From assembly GCF_016433145.1 (NCBI RefSeq), contig NC_058132.1:88926432-88990431 (forward strand): 64,000 nt of DNA, given 5' to 3'. Origin of the DNA: Gracilinanus agilis. Its lineage: Eukaryota. The notes beneath the pieces were generated by a model. That model worked only from the letters and a program-made list of their open reading frames with translations. It did no database searches and was not told where the DNA came from. Shown in pieces: positions 11,746 through 23,090 of the stretch. Positions within the stretch are counted from its first letter, which is position 1. Each line of letters begins with the position of its first letter. A program made the position numbers and the translations under genes.

Positions 11746-13684
11746 ATAATCTTTCTTAATAGTATTTGATCAGTGAATTGGAGACATGCAGAAAAAAAGT
11801 ACTATATGACACTTTATAGGAAAATTTGTTATCAAAAGGAGGAAATGAGGAAAGACTTTTTGAAGGAGAAATATCTGATTTGATCTTTAAAGGAAGTATC
11901 AGAATTAAGTGGTCAGATAGATAAACAAGTGAGCAAAGACAAAGCTGGGAAAAATATCTAATGTTTTTGGGAATTGCTATCCTGTTTTGGTAAAGTATAG
12001 AACAAGTTTCTGAGAAATTATTTAAATCGAGGTGTTTCTGACTTCAAGCATATTGATCTGTCAAGCTGCCTCTATTTTCCCTTATTATAACTATTATTAG
12101 TAGTATGAATTGATTTCCATTATTTCTTCTCTGCCACAGTTGAAAAGACTCTTCTACAGAGTCCTTTATCAATCTAAGCATCTATGTAAAATGAGGATAT
12201 AGTACCAATAACAATAGTACTAGCAGTAATTCATAATATTTTAATAATAATAAGTAATTTATAATAGAAATAGAGACAAGTCATTTTATTTCATTTGTAT
12301 AAGAAACCCCTAGTATGAAAATTCTTTCTATCAATGCAAGACAGTATATCTTCTTCAATTTATCCTAATAAATGTTTACCTTGAGCCTGGAGAATTTAAG
12401 TGCCTTGCCCATGGCAACTTAACCTCTGTATCAGAGGCAGGACTACCTGGTTCCAACTCTAACTTTCTTTTCACTATGTTATTGTAATAATAAATAAAAA
12501 GCTGGCTTCTTGAATAGCATCTTGAAGTTTGCAAAACATTTTAAATATTTTATCGAATTTTATCCTCATATGAACTCTATTTCAGATGCTTTTTATCTCA
12601 GTTTTAGAGATGGTAAAACTCAGGCTGAAAAAAAGTCAGCCACTTGCTTAGGGTCACATACTTAGGATCGAGAAGTCAATCTATGTCTTCCTTACTCACA
12701 ATCCAATCATCTATCCACTGCACCATGCAGCAAGGCTTTTCTTTTGTTTGCTTTAACTATTCTGGCCTGAAAGTATAAATTCCTTGTGGTCAAAGACCAA
12801 GCCTTTGTTATTTTCTAAAGATATACCCAAAAAGCTTCTTAGGATAATTTGTCAGTATGAAAATGATGTCAATCATTGAAGTCAGAAAACAATGATTTTG
12901 GAAACACTGTACTTGAGATTAAAGGTGATCTCATTTTAGTCCTCATAAAAATTCCTCTTAGAACCCCTGTGAATAAAAATGTGAGTTTCTCTTTACTAAG
13001 AGATTGAAACAAACATTAGCAACAAAGGAACAATATCAAAGACTAAATGGACATATGACTCCTTGGAAACAGGGGTTATATACACAATCATTTGAGAAAT
13101 ATTTTCAATGATGAATCATCTAGGGTAAGCTGTTAATAGAATAAATAATCTGGGAAGTCTATAAGTTCTATCCAACTGGAAAGAGTCCACAGAGTTGGCC
13201 AAATGCATGTTGTTGAATTTTATGGATCCTTAAATGAATCTCTGTCCCTCCCTGCATTTGTTCCTTTGTCCCCAGTACATTTAAAACAGGATGAAGGTTT
13301 GCATTCCATATGTTGATAACATCATGAAAAGGAAAATATTTCTACAGAATCAAAAATGAGGACTCAATTCACATAGTCAGCAAGACTGACATTATTCTGA
13401 AAGGTATATTTTGAAAGATGGTAGGGGAGTGTATGTGAGAAAGATCAAGTATGGGGTTAAGGGAAGACCAGAAAAGTAAAGGGATGAAGCTTAGGGCATA
13501 AATTGAAAAGTTTCCTATAATGCATGAAATTTTATACTTTAGATAGTGCTTCCTGATTTACACAAAATTAACTGTTTCCAAAACTTTCTGATCTTTGATG
13601 AAAGGATTTTTCTCTTTGCTACAGAAAGCTGTAATCTGACTTGTCTTGGGAGACAAAAACAGATCTTTTGAGTTACAAAGGTGT

Positions 13685-14629
13685 TCAGTCTCTTTTAAAG
13701 AAGAAAATTCTTTGCATCCTGATACGAATCTGTTTGGTTTTGATGCTGTAAATGATTGGGTTCATGAGAGGTGGGAAAAGGATGTATATATTACCCATTA
13801 GAACATGGACCAGGGGTGAGAGGTGTTTTCCAAACCGATGCACCATTGTAAGACCAATAATGGGGATGTAGAAGACCAGGACAGCACAAATATGGGAAAT
13901 GCAGGTCTGAAAAGACTTGAGTCTCTCCTGGTGGGATGCGATAGCTAAGACTGTGTGTAAGATCAGGATATAAGAGAGGAGGATGAGGAGAGAGTCTAAT
14001 AGCAAGGTACAGATGACCAGAGCCAGGGCATAGAAGCTATTGAAGTGGATGTCAGAGCAAGCCAGCCTCAGAAGGTCCTGGTGTAGACAGAAAGAGTGAG
14101 AGAGGACATGATGGCGACAGTAATGAAAGAACTTCAGTCGAATTATAACAGGGAGAATCGACAAAGCACTCCTCAACAAAATAATCAACCCAGATTGAAT
14201 GACTCTGGTATTTGTCAAGATGTTTGTATATCTGAGAGGATTACAGATTGCAACGAATCGATCAAAGGACATGGCAAGAAGGACTCCAGACTCTGTACAG
14301 GATAGACCATGAATGAAATAAGTCTGGGCAATGCAGGCATCCAGACTGATGTCATGACTGAATCCCCATAAGATCCCCAACACTGTGTGAATGGTAGACA
14401 GACCCATGCACAGGTCAGTGAAGGCCAGCATAGCTAGAAAGTAGAACATGGGTTCATGCAGACTTGGCTCAGTTCGGATCACATGGAGAATCATGCAGTT
14501 TCCCAGGAGGACAATAGCATAGATGGAGGAGAAGGGGATGGCAATCCAAGAATAATATGGCTCTAATCCTGGAAAGCCAGTGAGGAGGAATGTAGATGTA
14601 CTAAGGTTGGGACTAACAAGAGTTGACAT
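13685..14629 (-). CDS. OR51V1: Class I olfactory receptor, OR51V1-like (314 aa, intact)
   Basis: OR motifs LHEPMFYFL, MSFDRFVAICNPLRY, SHSFCLHQD, FQTCISHICAV and PPLMNPIIYSIKT. It shares distinctive stretches with human OR51V1 as I recall it (IPFSSIYA.VLLGNCM.LHVI, LHQDLLRLACSDI.FNS, GNIYILFPPLMNP). One-to-one orthology was not tested. Confidence 0.9.
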   Translation of the reverse strand: MSTLVSPNLSTSTFLLTGFPGLEPYYSWIAIPFSSIYAIVLLGNCMILHVIRTEPSLHEPMFYFLAMLAFTDLCMGLSTIHTVLGILWGFSHDISLDACIAQTYFIHGLSCTESGVLLAMSFDRFVAICNPLRYTNILTNTRVIQSGLIILLRSALSILPVIIRLKFFHYCRHHVLSHSFCLHQDLLRLACSDIHFNSFYALALVICTLLLDSLLILLSYILILHTVLAIASHQERLKSFQTCISHICAVLVFYIPIIGLTMVHRFGKHLSPLVHVLMGNIYILFPPLMNPIIYSIKTKQIRIRMQRIFFFKRD

Positions 14630-17114
14630 GACTCAAAGAAAGAAAGTGTTTCTTGGATGAGGATCAGAATCCTCAATTACATACTAACCTTTAAAGGACT
14701 TTGAAAAAGAAATGAAGTCATTTAATCACTTTAAGCTTCATCAGTTCTGAAGGAAAGAGCACTACTTTTTTGTAGAAATACTGTTTTGTGGCAGGTCTAG
14801 GTATCCTTAAGCCTACTGGCTAGGTGTGAAACATTCATATTGTTGGCAATTCACTTTTTCTTCAGCATTATTGTCCATAAATAAAGGAAAGAAGCACTTC
14901 TAGTCTGAAGCTGAATATCTGTGATGTCAGTTAAAAAAAAAAAGATTATGGTCCAAAGCATGCCAACAATAATATCCAAGCATGAAATTTCAGGAAGCTG
15001 AAATATCAATGAAGTTTGAATGCAGAAAAATGCATTCTTTCTCTGTGGTAGTCCTGGAATTTCTGACTTATTAAGCAACTCTTTGGGTATTTGACTTAGC
15101 ACAGTAGAGGAATAAGTTTTTGCTGCTCTGTAGTCTAATTTGTCTCCCCCAGCACTTTTCAACTTTCCAGTTCTTTTTTATTGATTATAAGAAATAAACT
15201 GGCATCAATTACATAACACAATGATTTCTGATCCTTAATGATCTAGCAAGTGGAGTCAAAAGGACATATCTATTCTTCAGCATCTGTGAGAGTGAGGACA
15301 AATATACTATTATTTATATAGGAAAGAAAATGGTAATAAGTCCCAAGAGGAACCTCTGCCTGAGATGATTAGACTCCCTGTGAATTCAGAAGAGAATGCT
15401 GCGAAACCCCTATCCTAATTACTACAACCTTAACTATCACCTGCTTTAGCCTCTGCTGTGGGATACTGATGCAGGGATACCTATATAGTTCATATCTTCC
15501 TTTTGTATCTCCCCTTGTCTTTCAGTATGAAGCTTAGAAGGTTATAGGTAAATAGATTTAATGACATTTAAAATAAATGCTTTGAATAAAAAAGATCTTT
15601 ATTATATGAAATGGAAGAAGGTGTAAGAGGCAAGGATCTAAGACCATTTTTTATTTATATAATTTTGGCATAATAATTAGCTGGTTGACATTGAAATAGC
15701 ATTTTAAATTTTGAAAAGAACATTATGCACGTAATTTCTTTTATTATGAAATGGACATAAAGATAGGAATAAATGATATAGGTATAAATATTTCCTTTTA
15801 CTGATGAAAGTGTTGAGCCTCAGGAAGGTTTAAATATTTTACCTATGATCAAAGTTGATAAGTCTAGGATACACTATTCAAACACAGGTATCTCTAGATT
15901 CCAGACACGTCAAATTATGCATTACACATCTTATTCCCTCAATATGTCCTTTCTGTTTATTTTTGAACAGAACTGTCTCCTGACAAAGCCTTATGGAGCA
16001 AGGCTAATGGTTTCTCTCTGAGGCATTTTTAGATATTTCTACATTTTTAGGTTGGATGTTTGAACAATGACCATATACATACATGTATTTTCACATAGCT
16101 ATCAAGGCACAATAACCCTCACATGATGGCAGTACTGCTGGAGACAGAAGATCAAGAAGAAATTGGAGAAGATAGAGAAAAGGGACAATTCCTTATTTTA
16201 TTTTTCACTATTTATTCACTCATGGTAGTCTATTAAAAAAACATGTTCAGAAAGAGACATAAAATCATAGTTATTTTTGTTTTTGTTTTCCAAGCAGTAA
16301 GGAAATCCAGATATAGTCTATTTCAACCATCTCATTTTAAAAATGGGGGAACTGAAACTCAAAGTGAGCAAATACCTCACTTTAACATTGTTAGTAGGAT
16401 TGAGGACTCAAGCCTACATCTCTCTGATTTCAAGTCTCATAATGCATTCTGATATGTATCCTATTATAGAGATTTTTGATACCTCCAAAGACTCATTTAT
16501 TCATATATTTCTACAACTTGGGATTTTGGAACTAGGTTTCTAGAATTCTTAGAGACAAAAGATCTGGAATTATGGAGCACTAAGCAGCTTGTAATGTTCC
16601 CAATGATTATTTATCATGAAGATTTCAATTCTTTTTATTATTTATATTAAAAACACCAATGGAAAGTGTTTCAAAGCTCATATGTCCTTTTGATTCTCTA
16701 TCAGTTGATTATATAATGTGAACTTTAGCCATTCTCTTCTGATGGATGAAGATGAACCAACATTGGATGTGTTGGAGTGTGGTGTTCTTCAGCCTAATAT
16801 CTGCTTCTAAATGTGTATCATTTCATTGTTGTTTTTTTTTTAATGGAAGAATGTCAGATTCGTGATTTCATCTTTTTTAGAAATCTTTTCCCATCTAAAC
16901 TCCATTAAATGATGAAAATCAAAACGTGATTAAGAAATTATATCCTTAGAGATTTTTCCTGTGATACCTAGGTTCACTGAATTCCAGTGGTCTCCTATTA
17001 TTTCCCAGATCAAATATAGATTCCTCTGGTGATTTTTTAAAGTTTTTACATCCCATTTCTTTATTTTAATAACAAATTTCCACATACGTTTTCTTTTGTT
17101 TAATTTTATTTTCA

Positions 17115-17315
17115 TTTTTTTAAACCCTTACCTTCCATCTTAGAATCAATACTGGGTATTGGTTCTAAGGCAGAAGAGTGGTAAGGGCTAGGCAATGGGG
17201 AGTAAGTTAATTGCCCAGGGTCACACAGCTAGGAAGTGTCTGAGGCCACACTTGAACCCAGGACTTTCTATCTCCGGGTCTGACTTTCAATCCACTGAGC
17301 TACCCCACTGTCCCC
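17115..17315 (-). mobile_element. SINE1_Mdo-like SINE
   Basis: T-tail, aaacccttaccttcc, and the antisense head tccactgagctacccc. Confidence 0.88.
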
Positions 17316-17349
17316 TCACATGACTTTTCTTAATTTATATGAACCAAAA

Positions 17350-17610
17350 TGTTTCCTCTCCCTAATTGCTGTTACTTGTACAATATTTTCCTGGTTCTGC
17401 TTATTTCACTCTACATCAGCTCATTTAGGTCCAGTTCTTTCTGAAATCCTGTTCATCATTCCTTACAACACAATAGTATTCCAACACTAGCATATACGAT
17501 AATTTGTTCAACTATTCCCCAATTATTAGATATCCTATTTGTTTCCAGTTCTTTACCATCAGAAAGATAGCAGCTATAAATATTTTGTACAAAGATATCC
17601 TTTCCAATTT
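17350..17610 (-). mobile_element. L1 3' fragment, inverted, abutting the left edge of duplication copy A
   Basis: Antisense L1 3' motifs (ctggttctgcttatttcactc, tttccagttcttt, gcagctataaatatttt). Confidence 0.7.
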
Positions 17611-19975
17611 TTTATCCACAAACATACCAAAATAAAGCAGCATTTTTATTGCAAGACACTGAAAACAAAATAGATGACCATTAATTAGGAAATTAATAAA
17701 TCAGTTCTTGTGTATAATGTATTAGATTTTGCTGAATAACATTGTAAGAAATGATGAATACAGAGAAATTAGGAAAGACTTTCAGGAACAAATGATAGGA
17801 AGGAAGCAAAGTAAATATATAATGATTACAATAATGTTAGTGGAAAGAACAATAAACAGAACATATTTGAAAATAAATATTAAAAATTATAAAAAACCAC
17901 AAGTATAGCCCCAAAGAAGAAATACAAAAATATAGCTCTCCCCACTACTTTTCAGAGCTGGATCGTCTATTTGTATAGAGCATTGCATATATTTTCAGAT
18001 ATTTTTAAATATATTATTTTGTTTTACTGAATTTTTCCTCTTTTCTTTTTCTACTTAAAAAAAGAAGCTCATATAAATTGACTCTGAGAGAAAGGAAAGG
18101 AGAAGATACCAAAATATTTTTGTTGAGGCAAAAATTAATGAAAGAAAATAGTTTTTTGAAATCTGAAGACTGTTGTTCTTCTAAAATCTCTTGGAAGTCC
18201 CCAAGTTAAACTGGTATTTCAATTAGTTTTCTTCAAATTATTATACGTGTTCCATTTAGAGGCTTTGGTCATTTTCAATAAGTCAACAAATATTTGTTAT
18301 TAATCTAGTATGTGTAAGGCACTGTCCTCTTTAGTTTATCTCCATTAATTTATTTATTTGTAATGTTTAATTCATCTTTTCTGGTTTTCATATTTTTCAT
18401 ATGTTTCATATTTTATTTTACTTTTTTAACTTTTTTCTTTTATTGACAAACACTTGCCATTTGTTTTCTCTCCCTAGACCACACTCTTTGGCTTTATCTC
18501 CATTTACTGCTGCAAAAATTCCAGAGAAAACAGACTTCAGTTAGTTTTAAAATAATAAAGAATATGAGATTTTTAAGTACACCAAAAACAACACTTAAAA
18601 TGAACAATTAAAATGCAACACATTTTTTCTTTTTTTTTCAAGCTCTGTCTTGATTTGAAATTGAAAATAATCTGAGCATTAATTATCATTATCAAACCTG
18701 GGTTATAGTGAAAATACTACAGCTCAAACGTCTCAAGATCTATCTATCATCTCCAGATAATCTGATAAAGACAACTTAGTTGATAAGGAAGTAAAGGGAC
18801 ACTGGAGATCTTTCTGTTAGCTCATAGCTGCTTCTCTGCTCTCTCTCTTGCAGCATGGAGTTTATTATATATACTTTGAGACTCATTTCACACAAAAGAA
18901 TCCCCCTGAAGCTTCACGGATGCGCTAAAGTTATAAATTATGTCATACCAAAACACAAAAGGTCTCATTGGCTTCAGAACAGACCAAAGCCAAGGCTGAA
19001 TTTTGACTGGGTTCTCATCAGAAAGCCAATTTGGGGAATAATTTTCTCAGGGTTCAATTGCCCCTGTTAAGGTATTGGCCTTGGCTATACCAGGCAGCTG
19101 CATTCCTGGCCAAAGGGGGAGAGTGTTAACCTTTTAAATGTTGACCTGCTAGGAACCTAAAGCTCTTCAATAAGGCCAATACTTTTCAACAAGAAATCAC
19201 AAGGATCACAAAAGGGGTCAAAAGAGGAGTCTCAGATTTTTATCTATTCTCTTATTGGCTCCCTACACAAATGTAATTCTCTTTAAGGCTCTCCCTTTTC
19301 CTTCCCCAATATGAGTTTAGTCAAATCAAATTGACAAGCATTGATTAAGAGCTTACTATGTACAAGTCTCTGTACCAAGAGCTGGAGATACAAAACAAGG
19401 CAAAAATATATTTCTTGTGCTCAAAGTGTAGCTGCTCTAAGAGATAACTTAATATGTAAATAATTTATTACATGCTAGATATATAGGGTAAATGTTAACC
19501 CTTAAAATAGCAATAATCATAAAAAGAACATCACACATAATACTTTAAAATCTGCAAAGTGTGTTTTATATCTTATCTTATTTGATTCTTACAAAAACCT
19601 GTTAGGTGTTATGATTTTCCTCAGAGATGATGAAATTTATGCAGAGAGAAGTTAAATTTTCATTAATTTTCCATCCCAGAGGCACCTTACTGTCTTAATC
19701 AAAGACATGTTATAATCTGGAGAAAACCTGCTTTTTTCAAATATATGCAAATATGATCAAATTGGAAAATAACCAGGTAAAACAATTGTAGCTGGTAATA
19801 GACAACCAAAGACATTTTATCCTCTACATTTGATGGATAGTATTTTACATATGCTGTCAATATCACCATTTATTTATTTTGCCACTCAATAGCTGTGTCA
19901 TATAGGTGGCAAAGTGGACAAAGTGCTGCCCCTGGAGTCAGAAAAACTTGTATTTATGATTTCAAATCTGACTTC

Positions 19976-20783
19976 TGTTGTAGGCAAATACGAGCAAGGC
20001 ATACTGATAAGGTAGATATAAATATATAGATAGCATAAGGAAGGCAGAGAGCTGGTTGGCTGATATAGACATTCTAAAAAGCATGTAGAGGTAACAGTTG
20101 TTGGGGAGAGTTTTGAACTGCCAAGGCTGGAAGAAGGAGCTGAGCTTTGCATCTGGGATCTTGTTGTCTTTTACCTGAATCCCTGTGGAGATCTTGGATG
20201 TTAACATCAAGCTAAGTGTCTAGTTTGAGGAATGGTGAAATAACTGCTCTTGGGTGGACCAAGTGCAGAGAACCTATCTCCCTATTACTGTGGATTTAAT
20301 AGCTGACCAAGGATTTTGTTCCAGTATCTATACCATAAAGGATTCAACTAGGATCAGTATCTCCTGTGGTGTGAGAATCCCATTGTCTCCAAAATTCTTT
20401 TCCACCTCTCTTTCCATCCAGTCAGCATATCTGAGCCAAACCCCATTCTGAACTGGCAGTTGGCTTGGCTCTTTCCCTTTGATTAGACAAAACCCTCTAC
20501 CACAATCTTTCCCTTTTCTTTGTCATCATTAAACTGTGTTTTATAACTACCTGTTGTTTCTTCTCCACAACCCAGGGGACTTCAACATATGTTTCCCTAG
20601 CAGAGTTGATCTGAAAGACATGTGGTCACAACTGCCATACACTCAAACTATCACCACTCATCTCCACATCCCTTGTGTAGGTTCCCAGTTTATCCCAAGT
20701 ACCCTGTCACTTGTGGATGTATGGGTGTGTCCTGGTAGCATTTATGTCCCTTGTATTACCCTGGTTTTCGGTTACCCTACATT
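19976..20783. mobile_element. Solo LTR specific to copy A
   Basis: 808-bp block absent from copy B. 5-bp TSD acttc at 19971-19975 and 20784-20788, matching a single acctc at the empty site 37408-37412. Near-terminal inverted repeat tgtagg/cctaca. It splits a CORE SINE. Confidence 0.8.
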
Positions 20784-21859
20784 ACTTCAAACATTTGATA
20801 GTTGTGTCCCCTTGGGCAAGTCACAGCTCTGTTTGCCCCAGTTTCCTCATCATGAGCTAAAGAAAGAAATGGCAAACTACTCCAGAATCTTTGCCAAGAA
20901 AATCCCAAACAGGGTTATGAAAGGTCAGTCAAGAATGAAAATGACCAAAAAACAAACTATGATTTCAGGCTAATCACTTCACTTCTAGAGGCTCATTTGT
21001 AGAATGAGAATAATGCTATCTCTGCTTCCCTCTCTTTGGCAATGATAGTTATGAACATTCAGTGACAATAACAGTTGCTATTTATATATCATTTTAAGAT
21101 CCAAAGGACTTTAAAGATATTACATATTAAGCTTGAATTAGTAACCTTACAATTAAGGCACTTTATGGAGCACACATTTTGAAAAAAATGATCATGAAGG
21201 AGCAGAGATTATCTTTTTGCTTTTCTTTGAATCTTTCTAGCATATAGTACAGTATCTGGCATATACTAGACAGTTATTAAATGCTGGTTGACTGGTTTAC
21301 TTCCTTAAGAAAAAGATTTCTGAACAATGTACAAATGGAAGCAGTTCTATTTCATTTATATTTGAAGGACATGACCCTCCTCACAACCTATTTTCTAGGA
21401 GGAATACAGCCCTGGAATGTTTTTTATGTTCTAAATTCCATATTATGAAAATTTTATTAAAATATTTTAAAATAAAATTAGTCTACATCTTGAAGAGAAA
21501 AATGACAACAAAGTATGTTTGCATTGTTTTTAAGTCCAATATTTATTGGCACCAAATTATTTTCCAAAATGTTTTCCTCTTCATTTGTAGTATAGGAAAA
21601 TAAAATTATCATATCATTAGAATCTATCTACTCTGCAAAAGGAAGTCTTATGGAATTTGTAAATTGTTCTTGTGTTGTATGTGCCTTTCTAGATAAATGA
21701 AATTTTTTCCTGAGTGTATGCCTATTTCTTCTTCCAACTATATTTGGATATTCACAAAAGCATGTACTGTGTTTCCCTATAACATTGGAAGTTCCTGAAG
21801 ATCTCGAACATTGCTTTTGCTTTAAGGAAGCATCAAGAAGGCTTTTTCAGAATGAGTGC

Positions 21860-22045
21860 CAGATCCAGAGATAGGAGGTGCTGAGTTCAAATCTAGCCTC
21901 AGAAACTTCCCAGCTCTGTGACCATGAGCTAATCATATAACCCCCATTGCCTAGCCCTAATCTTTCTTATACATTGAATTCTATTGTTTTGATTTTAAGT
22001 ATTGATTCTAAGAAAGAAGGTAGGGGTTTAAAAAGCAAAAACAAA
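21860..22045 (+). mobile_element. Older SINE1_Mdo-like SINE just past the OR stop codon (pre-duplication)
   Basis: gagttcaaatctagcctcagaaacttcccagc body and ggggtttaaaaa tail. The homologous copy is at about 38480-38665. Confidence 0.75.
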
Positions 22046-22089
22046 ACAAAACAAAACAGTGATGCCTGATGGTTTCCATGTCCAAAATT

Positions 22090-23034
22090 TCAGAACTTCT
22101 TAGGATGAAGCATCCTAAGAATTCTGACTCTGATTTCCTTCGTCTTGATGCTATAGACAATGGGATTAAGCATAGGGGGCACAAGGAAATGCAGATAAGA
22201 GAGAAGCATGTAGACCTGAGCTGGCATCTTTTTCCCAAAGCGATGGATCATGGATAGGCTGACTGTTGGTGTATAAAAGAGCAGGACAGCACAAATGTGT
22301 GAGATGCAGGTATTGAGAGCCTTGAGCCTTTCTGTATTGGATGCAATGCTCAGAACAGTATAGAGAATTAGCACATAGGAGAAGAGGATCAGCAGAACAT
22401 CAAGCCCTAGGGTGGAAAGCACTATAAAGAGACCAAGTGCACTATTGACCCCAGTATTGGAGCAGGCAAGCTTTAGAACATCAGGGTGGACACAGTAGGA
22501 ATGAGACAGGGTGCTAATGGATTTGAAATTGAGGCGGTTAAGGAGAACAGGCAAGGGAAGATGAAGGGCAGCACTTCGAGTAACAATAGCCAACCCAATG
22601 GCACCAATGCGCCAGTTGGTAAGAATAGTGGAATAACGCAGTGGCTCACGAATGGCAACATAGCAGTCAAAAGCCATGGCAAGAAGCACAGCAGATTCAA
22701 TGACTGCAAAGGTGTGTATAAAAAAGAGCTGTGCAAAGCATGTAGCTGAATTTATCTCCCTGTGGCCCAGAAGGAAGACAGCTATCATGGAGGGTAGAGT
22801 AGATGCAGAAAGACCTAAGTCTGCCATTGAGAGCATGGAGAGGAAAAGATACATGGGGGTATGGAGGCTAGGCACTGACTTGACAATGTACAAGATGGTA
22901 AGATTGCCTAGAAAGGAGAGGAGGTAGATGGAACAAACTGGGATTGCTGTCCAGTGGTGAGCATCCTCTAGTCCTGGCAGATCCATCAAGATGAAGATGA
23001 AGGAGCTGCTATTTCTGATGTTGGCAATGACCAT
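22090..23034 (-). CDS. Class I olfactory receptor, OR51 family (resembles the OR51S/OR51P group), copy A; full-length ORF with DRY changed to DCY
   Basis: 314 aa. Motifs LHTPMYLFL, MAFDCYVAI, SHSYCVHPD, KALNTCISH and PPMLNPIVYSIKT. Kozak context gtcaccATGG. Confidence 0.92.
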   Translation of the reverse strand: MVIANIRNSSSFIFILMDLPGLEDAHHWTAIPVCSIYLLSFLGNLTILYIVKSVPSLHTPMYLFLSMLSMADLGLSASTLPSMIAVFLLGHREINSATCFAQLFFIHTFAVIESAVLLAMAFDCYVAIREPLRYSTILTNWRIGAIGLAIVTRSAALHLPLPVLLNRLNFKSISTLSHSYCVHPDVLKLACSNTGVNSALGLFIVLSTLGLDVLLILFSYVLILYTVLSIASNTERLKALNTCISHICAVLLFYTPTVSLSMIHRFGKKMPAQVYMLLSYLHFLVPPMLNPIVYSIKTKEIRVRILRMLHPKKF

Positions 23035-23067
23035 GGTGACCTAGGGTGCTGTTCGCCTTGAGGAAAC

Positions 23068-23090
23068 CTGTGGAATTGCAGAAATAGTCT
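23068..23090 (-). promoter_or_regulatory. Splice acceptor of the OR copy A coding exon
   Basis: Minus strand tttctgcaattccacag|g, 33 nt upstream of the ATG. The core is conserved in copy B (AG at 39690-39691). Confidence 0.65.

Noticed and set aside
15340-15445. O/E-like tcccaagag, TAATTA and a weak donor as the OR51V1-like promoter
   Set aside because: The motifs are short, the donor is weak, and their order is inconsistent with a promoter upstream of exon 1.
22008-22927. Short ORFs overlapping or antisense to the OR genes (also at 14096, 38609-39549 and 61685-61992)
   Set aside because: These are by-products of OR codon structure. They recur in both duplicates only because the DNA is duplicated, and show no recognisable domains.
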